Below are positions 8,799 to 16,091 of a stretch of 36,493 bases of DNA, one piece after another (the stretch's first letter is position 1; every line of letters begins with the position of its first letter). A program made the translations under genes and the position numbers. This stretch comes from a virus (lineage: Duplodnaviria > Heunggongvirae > Uroviricota > Caudoviricetes), in IMG/VR virus record IMGVR_UViG_2563366937_000005, positions 1 through 36,493 of that record; one strand, 5' to 3'. Under the pieces are notes generated by a model, which was not told the origin of the DNA, searched no databases, and saw only the letters and a list, made by a program, of their open reading frames with translations.

Positions 8799-9729
8799 AT
8801 TAACCGGCTATGTATGGGATGGTTGCGCTGCATCAGGCATGAAGTTATCCAGCGTGGCAATTATGGCCCGCCTGGCTGATTTCAGTAATGACGAAGGTGT
8901 GTGCTGGCCATCAATTGAAACCATTGCCCGTCAGATTGGCGCGGGGATGAGTACCGTCAGAACGGCTATCGCACGGCTGGAAGCAGAAGGCTGGTTAACG
9001 CGTAAGGCGCGTCGCCAGGGTAACCGCAATGCGTCGAATGTTTATCAGCTTAACGTTGCGAAGCTTCAGGCAGCGGCATTTTCTCAACTGTCAGATTCTG
9101 ACCCGTCAAAATCTGACGCATCAAAATCTGACCCGTCAAAATTTGATGCGTCGAAATCTGGCAAAAAAGCGGGTTTTCACCCGTCAGAATCTGGCGGGGA
9201 TCCGTCAGTAAAATCAAAACATGATCCGTCAGATAAAAAACCTTCTCGTCCGGACGCTTCGCAACCGGACACGCAGACGGCTGAACAGGATTTTTTAACT
9301 CGCCATCCTGATGCGGTTGTATTCAGCCCTAAAAAGCGCCAGTGGGGGACGCAGGATGATTTGACCTGTGCACAGTGGCTCTGGAAAAAAATCATTGCCC
9401 TGTACGAGCAGGCCGCCGAATGTGACGGCGAGGTGGTTCGTCCCAAAGAACCGAACTGGACAGCCTGGGCAAACGAAATTCGCCTGATGTGTGTGCAGGA
9501 TGGTCGTACTCACAAACAAATCTGCGAGATGTACAGCCGCGTCAGCCGCGATCCGTTCTGGTGCCGTAACGTGCTCAGCCCGTCAAAGTTGCGGGAAAAA
9601 TGGGATGAGCTTTCCCTGCGCTTATCGCCGTCCGTCAGCACGTACACCGAAAAACGCGAAGACCCGTACTTCAAAGCCAGTTACGACAACGTGGACTATA
9701 GCCAGATCCCGGCAGGATTCAGGGGATGA
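8788..9729 (+). CDS. Replication initiator (O-like; N-terminal winged-helix DNA-binding domain, C-terminal DnaT-like region) with internal iterons
   Basis: 313 aa; N-terminal HTH (WPSIETIARQIGAGMSTVRTAIARLEAEGWL); central pentapeptide repeats SKSDA/SKSDP encoded by tandem 15-bp DNA repeats; position after cII as for lambda O. Confidence 0.65.
   Translation: MSTKLTGYVWDGCAASGMKLSSVAIMARLADFSNDEGVCWPSIETIARQIGAGMSTVRTAIARLEAEGWLTRKARRQGNRNASNVYQLNVAKLQAAAFSQLSDSDPSKSDASKSDPSKFDASKSGKKAGFHPSESGGDPSVKSKHDPSDKKPSRPDASQPDTQTAEQDFLTRHPDAVVFSPKKRQWGTQDDLTCAQWLWKKIIALYEQAAECDGEVVRPKEPNWTAWANEIRLMCVQDGRTHKQICEMYSRVSRDPFWCRNVLSPSKLREKWDELSLRLSPSVSTYTEKREDPYFKASYDNVDYSQIPAGFRG
9091..9240. repeat. Iteron-like tandem repeats (five contiguous 15-bp units TCARAATCTGACSCR plus degenerate copies) inside the replication initiator gene; candidate origin of replication
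   Basis: Units at 9091-9105, 9106-9120, 9121-9135, 9136-9150, 9151-9165; further CCGTCAG copies at about 9181-9232, followed by an A-rich stretch. Confidence 0.5.
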
Positions 9730-10220
9730 TCATGAGTCTGTTAAATGACGTTCAGAAATTCATTGAAGCCCATCCGGGGTGTACTTCTGGAGACATTGCG
9801 GATGCTTTTGCAGGTTACTCACGGCAGCGCGTTCTGCAGTCTGCAAGCAAGTTACGTCAGAGTGGGCGTGTGGCTCACCGTTGTGAAGGAGATACACGCA
9901 GACATCTCCCGCGCCTGACTGAGAGAGCGCAGGAACCGGAACCACAACCGGTTCGAGAAACCAGACCTGTGCGCAATTTCTATGTCGGCACTAACGATCC
10001 ACGGGTGATTTTGTGCCTGACCCGCCAGGCTGAAGAACTGGAGTCCAGGGGCTTATACCGTCGTGCTGCAACCGTGTGGATGGCGGCATTCCGTGAAAGC
10101 CACTCCCAGCCAGAACGAAACAATTTTCTGGCGCGTCGTGAGCTGTGTTTACGGAAAAGCAGCAAGCGCGCTGTATCGAGTGATGAGTGGTATCTGTCAG
10201 GGAATTACGTGGGGGCGTAA
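9726..10220 (+). CDS. Hypothetical protein (164 aa) in the replication/nin region
   Basis: ATGA overlap with the initiator stop; its stop overlaps the next start (TAATG); no confident family assignment. Confidence 0.45.
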   Translation: MIMSLLNDVQKFIEAHPGCTSGDIADAFAGYSRQRVLQSASKLRQSGRVAHRCEGDTRRHLPRLTERAQEPEPQPVRETRPVRNFYVGTNDPRVILCLTRQAEELESRGLYRRAATVWMAAFRESHSQPERNNFLARRELCLRKSSKRAVSSDEWYLSGNYVGA

Positions 10221-10546
10221 TGACGACGTTAACTCAATGCCAGCAGCAGGTGCTGGATATGCTGATTTCTTATCAGAAAGAGCGTGGCTTTCCGCCAACC
10301 AATCAGGAGGTGGCAACCATGCTGGGATACCGTTCAGTGAATGCAGCGGTAGAGCATCTTCGCGCACTGGAGAAAAAAGGCGTCATCACGATAAAGCGTG
10401 GCGTGGCCCGGGGGATAACGCTTCATACCGCGGTGAAGGACGACGACAGCGAGGCGGTCGGGATTATCCGCGCACTGCTTGCCGGTGAGGAAAACGCAAG
10501 GCTGCGTGCAACCCACTGGTTACATGAGAGGGGCCTGAAAGTATGA
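10220..10546 (+). CDS. LexA N-terminal DNA-binding-domain homologue lacking the S24 peptidase domain
   Basis: Start at the internal ATG (MTTLTQCQQQVLDMLISYQKERGFPPTNQEVATMLGYRSVNAAVEHLRALEKKGVITIKRGVARGITL), 108 aa; aligns residue-by-residue with the E. coli LexA N-terminus ([65 protein letters not shown], from memory); no GDSM/KR protease motifs. Confidence 0.6.
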   Translation: MTTLTQCQQQVLDMLISYQKERGFPPTNQEVATMLGYRSVNAAVEHLRALEKKGVITIKRGVARGITLHTAVKDDDSEAVGIIRALLAGEENARLRATHWLHERGLKV

Positions 10547-10932
10547 AGCTGATCCTGCCTTTTCCGCCCAGCGTGAACACGTACTGGCGACACCCCAACA
10601 AAGGGGCGTTTGCTGGTAAGAGCCTGATAAACGCGGTGGGGCGAAAATTCCAGAGCGCAGCGTGCGCAGCAATAGTTGAGCAGTTACGTCGTCTGCCGAA
10701 ACCAACGTCGGCACCTGCTTCAGTGGAGATCGTGTTGTTTCCTCCGGATAACCGGATCCGCGATCTGGACAACTATAACAAGGCGCTGTTTGACGCCCTG
10801 ACCCACGCGGGTGTGTGGGAAGACGACAGTCAGGTGAAAAGAATGCTGGTGGAGTGGGGACCGGTTATCCCGGAAGGGAAGGTCGAGATCACTATCAGTA
10901 AGTACGAGAAAACGGCGGGTGCAGCCGCCTGA
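10543..10932 (+). CDS. rusA: RusA-family Holliday junction resolvase
   Basis: 129 aa; conserved RusA pattern DLDNYNKALFDALTHAGVWEDDSQV (compare E. coli RusA [25 protein letters not shown]); ATGA-coupled to the upstream gene. Confidence 0.8.
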   Translation: MKLILPFPPSVNTYWRHPNKGAFAGKSLINAVGRKFQSAACAAIVEQLRRLPKPTSAPASVEIVLFPPDNRIRDLDNYNKALFDALTHAGVWEDDSQVKRMLVEWGPVIPEGKVEITISKYEKTAGAAA

Positions 10933-10951
10933 TCAAGAGGAGAAACGAAGT

Positions 10952-11749
10952 ATGAATAATCTGATGGTCATTGATGGTATTGAAGTTCGTCGTGATGCTT
11001 ATGGTCGTTACAGCCTGAACGATCTGCACAGGGCTGCCGGTTCTCTGGATAAGCATAAGCCTGCATTCTGGCTCCGCAATGAGCAAACTGAACGTTTAAT
11101 AAGCGAGTTGCAGATTTGCAACTCGGTCAATATAGAGCCAGTTAACGTTATTCGTGGCGGAAATAACCAGGGGACGTATGTCTGCAAAGAACTGGTGTAT
11201 GCCTATGCAATGTGGATCAGCCCGTCATTCCATCTGAAGGTGATCCGTACTTTCGACATGGTAACCAGCACACCGGAAAAATTATCCGGACAGGCTGCTG
11301 ACAAGATGCAGGCTGGCGTGATTCTGCTGGACTTTATGCGCAGGGAGTTAAACCTGTCTAACTCTTCAGTGCTTGGTGCCTGTCAGAAACTCCAGGAGGC
11401 TGTTGGCTTACCGAATCTGGCACCGCGCTATGCCATTGATGCTCCAGCTGATGCACACGATGGCTCAAGTCGCCCGACACTGTCACTGAGTGCACTGCTG
11501 AAACAGTATGGTATCCGCCTGACGGCTAATCAGGCATATCACCAGATGGTGAAGCTGGGGATCGTCGAGCAGCGCGAACGATACAGCCGTACCGCGATTA
11601 ACAACATCAAAAAATTCTGGTCGCTGACAGCGAAAGGCTGCATGTTCGGCAAGAACATCACCAGTCCCGCAAATCCGCGCGAGACGCAGCCGCATTTCTT
11701 CGAATCCCGATTCCCTGAGCTGTTAAAGCTGCTCGATACCGTTCATTGA
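10952..11749 (+). CDS. KilA-N domain protein with C-terminal extension
   Basis: Start at the internal ATG (MNNLMVIDGIEVRRDAYGRYSLNDLHRAAG...), preceded by AGAGGAG; N-terminal KilA-N-like pattern (...RYSLNDLH...KPAFWLRNEQT...). Confidence 0.65.
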   Translation: MNNLMVIDGIEVRRDAYGRYSLNDLHRAAGSLDKHKPAFWLRNEQTERLISELQICNSVNIEPVNVIRGGNNQGTYVCKELVYAYAMWISPSFHLKVIRTFDMVTSTPEKLSGQAADKMQAGVILLDFMRRELNLSNSSVLGACQKLQEAVGLPNLAPRYAIDAPADAHDGSSRPTLSLSALLKQYGIRLTANQAYHQMVKLGIVEQRERYSRTAINNIKKFWSLTAKGCMFGKNITSPANPRETQPHFFESRFPELLKLLDTVH

Positions 11750-11750
11750 G

Positions 11751-12746
11751 GTGACCGTGAGAGCACTACTGACCCCTGAAATTGCCCCGCGTATGGGGAT
11801 CGTATTGTTCAGGCCAGGTTCAGAGCTGATGCCCCTGTTTATGCAGGGGCGTGTCCTGCTGGAGCCTGAGCCGGAGCGTTATTCATCTTTCGCCAGTGGT
11901 GCCGTTCCGGCGGCATCACAACCGCTGGCGGATGATCCTGCCGTTCGGGCCGTGTTCCGCGATGAGGCAGTGATCCGTCGTGCTGGTGGCGTGGAATGTC
12001 TTGAAAGCTGGTTACTTCGTGAAAAAGGCTGCCAGTGGCCTCATTCCGACTGGCACAGCGAGAACATGACCACAATGCGACACGCTCCGGGTGCAATCCG
12101 TCTGTGCTGGCACTGCGATAACCAGCTGCGCGATCAGTTCACGGAACGGCTGGAATCAATGGCAACGGATAACTGTGCCCGCTGGGTGTTGTCTGTTGTG
12201 CGTCGGGATCTCGGTTTTGATGATAGTCACGTTGTGACAATGCCGGAACTATGCTGGTGGCTGGTTCGTAATGACCTGGCGGATGCCTTACCGGAAAGTG
12301 CAGCCCGTAAGGCACTGAGATTACCGAAGCCTGTTGTGCCGTCTGTCACCCGGGAAAGTGACCTTGTTCCTTCGGTTCCTGCCACCAGCATCATCCAGGA
12401 TAAGGCGAAAAAGGTGCTGGCGCTGAAAGTGGAGCCGGAGTCGCCGGAGTCTTTTATGTTACGCCCCAAACGTCGCCGCTGGGTTAATGAAAAGTACACG
12501 CGCTGGGTTAAGACACAGCCGTGTGCATGTTGTGGAAAGCCTGCTGATGATCCCCACCACCTGATAGGTCACGGTCAGGGTGGAATGGGAACAAAAGCGC
12601 ATGACCTTTTTGTGTTGCCTTTGTGCAGAAAGCATCACGACGAGCTGCATGCGGATACCGTGGCATTTGAAGAGAAGTATGGCTCCCAGCTGGAGCTGAT
12701 ATTTCGTTTTATCGATCGTGCGCTGGCAATTGGCGTGCTGGCCTGA
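11751..12746 (+). CDS. DUF968-like nin-region protein with C-terminal Cys/His (HNH-like zinc-binding) motif
   Basis: 331 aa, GTG start; C-terminus contains CACCGKPADDPHHLIGHGQGGMGTKAHDLFVLPLCRKHHDELH; family assignment from memory. Confidence 0.5.
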   Translation: MTVRALLTPEIAPRMGIVLFRPGSELMPLFMQGRVLLEPEPERYSSFASGAVPAASQPLADDPAVRAVFRDEAVIRRAGGVECLESWLLREKGCQWPHSDWHSENMTTMRHAPGAIRLCWHCDNQLRDQFTERLESMATDNCARWVLSVVRRDLGFDDSHVVTMPELCWWLVRNDLADALPESAARKALRLPKPVVPSVTRESDLVPSVPATSIIQDKAKKVLALKVEPESPESFMLRPKRRRWVNEKYTRWVKTQPCACCGKPADDPHHLIGHGQGGMGTKAHDLFVLPLCRKHHDELHADTVAFEEKYGSQLELIFRFIDRALAIGVLA

Positions 12747-12763
12747 TTTTGTGGAGAAAGTTG

Positions 12764-13108
12764 ATGCGTGATATGTATGAAGTTTTAGACCGCTGGGGAG
12801 CGTGGGCTGCAGCAGATAACAGTGGTGTGGACTGGCAGCCGATAGCAGCAGGCTTTAAGGGGCTTTTACCTCATGGTAAAAAAATACGCCTTCAGTGTGA
12901 TGATGATGAAGGCATCATGATAGACGGCTGTGTTGCCCGCTTGTGTAAGTATAAACCAGACGAATATGAGCTGATCATTGCTCACTTCGTTATAGGTATT
13001 TCACTGCGTTCTATTGCGAAGAGACGCAGATGCTCAGATGGAACAATCCGGAAGCAATTGCAGACTGCGTTAGGTTTCATTAATGGGGTTATGTACATGC
13101 TCAAGTAA
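12764..13108 (+). CDS. Late-gene antiterminator Q (QuuD-like)
   Basis: Start at ATG 12764 (GGAG plus 7-nt spacer); MRDMYEVLDRWGAWAA...IAAGFKGL...CDDDEGIMIDGCVARL...CSDGTIRKQLQTALGFINGVM parallels DLP12 QuuD (VLERWGAWAA...IAAGFKGL...CCDDDAMIICGCMARL...CSDGYIGKRLQKAEGIIEGM, from memory). Confidence 0.75.
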   Translation: MRDMYEVLDRWGAWAAADNSGVDWQPIAAGFKGLLPHGKKIRLQCDDDEGIMIDGCVARLCKYKPDEYELIIAHFVIGISLRSIAKRRRCSDGTIRKQLQTALGFINGVMYMLK

Positions 13109-14327
13109 TATTTGGCATTAATTTAAATAAAATACCGATGATGCCTATGAATGTAGGCATCCATGCTAGTGATAATAAACTGTCAAGCACCTTATGACAA
13201 AAATCCTCATTGTCATTTAATTTTTTAATAGCCTCTTCTAAGCTCTCTTTAAGATCGCTGGTGTCATCCTTTATTCTATATCTTAATTGTCCAAAAAGTA
13301 TTTCTTTAGAGTGTGAAATACGAGCGAGTTGTTTTTTTTGTGACACAATCATTGCAGATGTTATTATTGCTGTGATAATCAATCCAATTAAAGCAATAAT
13401 CCAATCAGTTTTTGTTGTTAATTTGAAAATAGCAATTGAACCAGCTAGTGAAATAGGTATTGCAAGAGCTTTGTTAGAAATTTCTGAAATTATTTTTGAC
13501 AGTTTTTCTGAGTAATCGAGTTCAGCATCAACAACTTCTTTCCTTGCTTTATGAAAAGAAAATGCCGACATATAAGCAGCTAAGTTGTTCGTATAAAGTT
13601 CGCATATGAAATCCCACTTGTTAATTAACTCGACAAAGGAATTTCCATTTTTATTAACATACTCAATAACTGTGTTTCTGAAAGTGTTAATCTTTTCAAT
13701 GTGATGGGCATCAGTAGTAGCTTCACTACTTACTAATGTTTTAACTAACTGAGTATTTACTGTTTTATCATTAAAAATTTCTTCTGTAATATTTGTTTCA
13801 ATTACAGCAGAAGAAGATTTAGACTCTGAGTTTAAAATAAAGACTAAACGATAAAATGTACCTTTGCTATCTTTTTTTATATCATGGAAATGAGCAAGCA
13901 TGGAAAGAGCATTGATTAGCTCACAAATGTCCTCAATTTTTTGGATATAAGAAGGTTTTGGTGTTTCTAATGAATAGAAATCATCCTCTATAATATAGAA
14001 ATACTCTGGCATTATGCCTTTCTTGAGCGTGTTTATTTTTACAAACTCGTTTTTATTTTTATAAAAACGATTCGCACTTCCTTGTGAAATTTTAAACGAG
14101 TATGTAAGAAAATTTCCCTTTTCAGGAAAGTCTTCATAATCATAAATTAAATGACCATCCACCTCTATTTCGTCAGCTGTACCAGCTTGAAAAGTAGGGT
14201 TCAAAATTCTTTTGAACAATGATTTTACGTCTGCATTATAAGCTATACGCGCAGAAAACTTAGCCCCGTCAAAATGAGGATAGCTTGATAATCTATACAG
14301 ATTAACTATTATACTAAAATCATTCAT
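13101..14327 (-). CDS. Hypothetical 408-aa protein with two C-terminal transmembrane helices (second gene of the AT-rich cassette; candidate membrane effector)
   Basis: ATG at 14327 overlaps the upstream gene stop (ATGA); about 285-aa soluble N-terminal region with no motif I recognise; hydrophobic helices LAIPISLAGSIAIFKL...WIIALIGLIITAIITSAMIV and LLSLAWMPTFIGIIGILFKLM; 3' end overlaps the convergent Q stop by 8 nt; strongly AT-rich. Confidence 0.6.
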   Translation of the reverse strand: MNDFSIIVNLYRLSSYPHFDGAKFSARIAYNADVKSLFKRILNPTFQAGTADEIEVDGHLIYDYEDFPEKGNFLTYSFKISQGSANRFYKNKNEFVKINTLKKGIMPEYFYIIEDDFYSLETPKPSYIQKIEDICELINALSMLAHFHDIKKDSKGTFYRLVFILNSESKSSSAVIETNITEEIFNDKTVNTQLVKTLVSSEATTDAHHIEKINTFRNTVIEYVNKNGNSFVELINKWDFICELYTNNLAAYMSAFSFHKARKEVVDAELDYSEKLSKIISEISNKALAIPISLAGSIAIFKLTTKTDWIIALIGLIITAIITSAMIVSQKKQLARISHSKEILFGQLRYRIKDDTSDLKESLEEAIKKLNDNEDFCHKVLDSLLSLAWMPTFIGIIGILFKLMPNIT

Positions 14328-15472
14328 TCTTTATCTTCTTCATTACTCGGGTTATCAGTTTCTTTCAACGCTCTTCTTATCTTAGTTAATGCTTCAACAG
14401 GCAAATTATTAAATGTTAGGCTTTGGTTTTCGTCATCATAATATATTTTAGCATCAGTTGTGACACCGAGTAAATCCTTGTCGAAGTGAAAGCTCAATGA
14501 TGGGGTTTTATATATCACATTGCGGATTTTATCTAAGGAGTTTTTATTGATTACGAACTCTGATGGGATTCTGACTTCCTCACTATTGAGGTGTTTCATT
14601 AATTTATCAACAAGTTCTGTTTTTTCTTCCTCTTTTAAATCGGACATATGGCCTGAAGCAAGCGATTCGATATCAGAAAGCCTTGCAGAGTGCTCGTTGT
14701 CAAATTGCTTTTCTAAGTATTTGATAACATCATTTCTAAATGACTCTGCTTGATTTTTTAAAAGAGGTTCTTTCTTAAAGAAACGCCTTATTTCATCTGG
14801 TAACTTACGGGTTGCACCTGCTGAAGCAATCCCCTTGTCACATCCTAATGCTGCTATAAAATATGCTGCCGCTGACTGTCCCGTAGTTTTGCTTATAAAG
14901 CTTAGATAACTTAAGTCTGTTTTTTTTAAGTCATCTGCTTTTTGGTATTCTTCATAATATCTGAAATTTATTTTTGCTGCTTGGTTAATATTGCCAAGTT
15001 CTAAGTGAATCATTTCCTCTGGCTCTAAATTTTCACTAATAGTTACGCCATTAGTTTTTTTGATCATTGTAACCAATAGATAACGGAAACCAGATAAAAT
15101 ATAATCAGTAAAAACAACATATCCTCCAGAAGCCCAAATCTGCTCTTGAGCAGATTTATACATTTGTTTCATAACTTCCTTCGATAATTCAATGAAATCA
15201 CTTGAAACAGATTGTTGAACTAAAGAGTATTTATGAAATAGTTCTGGTATAGGGCCTTGCTTTGTTTTATTTTTAATAAAAACACCATAATGCGCTGAGT
15301 TCCCTTTTGAACCATACAAATCAATAACACCGTCTACTAATTTTTTTACTATATCATTTGTTTTATCTAGTTCTGTATCACGAAGATTGTATGGTTTGGA
15401 GTGATCGAAGTCTTTATTAGATTCTTTTAAGAGCTCATGAACGATTACGTGGCGTATGCTTACTTTGCTCAT
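14324..15472 (-). CDS. NdpA/YejK-like nucleoid-associated protein homologue (NA37 family) (first gene of the AT-rich cassette)
   Basis: Start probably at the second ATG ([14 protein letters not shown], compare YejK MSLDINQIALHQL); the track ORF begins 18 nt upstream at 15490. Similarity to YejK along the whole length, e.g. [22 protein letters not shown] vs [36 protein letters not shown] vs [32 protein letters not shown] vs RYLTFLKGRVGRKVADFF, C-terminal [18 protein letters not shown] vs LTIKGTPPNLRDQLQRR (YejK from memory). Confidence 0.6.
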   Translation of the reverse strand: [382 protein letters not shown]

Positions 15473-15506
15473 TTTTTTGGTCAATTCCATGCGGTTAAGC
15501 TAACAA

Positions 15507-15556
15507 TTGTAAAGAGCATAATAAATTACTAACGCGTACGCAAAAACTATCATAAT
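15507..15556 (+). promoter_or_regulatory. Candidate late promoter (P_R'-like) upstream of the lysis cassette; the same interval probably also holds the divergent promoter of the minus-strand cassette
   Basis: -35-like TTACTA (15526-15531), 16-nt spacer, -10-like TATCAT (15548-15553) / CATAAT (15551-15556); followed about 35 nt downstream by an intrinsic terminator hairpin. Hexamer assignment is tentative. Confidence 0.3.
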
Positions 15557-15588
15557 CTGTTAAGAGTGGTTACTTCGCCACACAGCTT

Positions 15589-15620
15589 AAACCCGCGTCG
15601 AGCGGGTTTTGTCGTTTCTG
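15589..15620 (+). terminator. tR'-like intrinsic terminator between the candidate late promoter and the holin gene (expected target of Q antitermination)
   Basis: Stem aaacccgc/gcgggttt with 5-nt loop gtcga, followed by a TGTCGTTTCT U-rich tract. Confidence 0.4.
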
Positions 15621-15761
15621 GGGCTGGGGATTCGTTGGTTCTGGCCTATTCCGCAGTTATCCATTGGTTCGGCTTCTTTGACGTTTCCGCTTCTGATTTG
15701 CGGTACATGATGTTCCCTCAATTTGCACCTGCTGTATCAGCGAGGTGAGAGATAACTACAA

Positions 15762-16088
15762 ATGCCTCATAACCCAAATACCTGGTTGGAGTTGGTCCAG
15801 AGCTGGTGGCGTGGAGACACACCGTTGGGCGCAGTGATTATGTCGATTGTTATGGCTGGCTTGCGCATTGCATATTTTGGCGGTGGTGGGGGCTGGAAAC
15901 GAAAAACGCTCGAGATTTTGCTCTGTGGTGCTCTGACGCTGACTTTTGCATCCGCTCTTGAGTATGTCGGATGGCCTAAATCTCTTTCTGTTGCCATTGG
16001 TGGTGGCGTTGGGTTGATCGGTGTCGATGCTATTCGTGGGGCTGCAATGAGAGTAATCGGTAATAAGTTTGGTGGTTCTAAGGAGTAA
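15762..16088 (+). CDS. Holin (lambda S-like class I topology)
   Basis: 108 aa, three hydrophobic segments, Gly-rich turn (YFGGGGGWKRK), charged C-terminus; immediately upstream of the endolysin. Confidence 0.6.
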   Translation: MPHNPNTWLELVQSWWRGDTPLGAVIMSIVMAGLRIAYFGGGGGWKRKTLEILLCGALTLTFASALEYVGWPKSLSVAIGGGVGLIGVDAIRGAAMRVIGNKFGGSKE

Positions 16089-16091
16089 TTT

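Noticed and set aside
9029-9211. 60-aa ORF 9029-9211 and possible CRISPR-like array at the 15-bp repeats
   Set aside because: The ORF is an alternative frame through the iterons (translation RQNLTHQNLTRQNL simply mirrors the repeat). The repeats are contiguous with no spacers and sit in-frame inside the replication gene, so they are iterons, not a CRISPR array.
15566-15748. 60-aa ORF between the cassette and the holin
   Set aside because: Spans the terminator hairpin and promoter-like sequence, has no SD, and this interval is expected to be the non-coding late leader.
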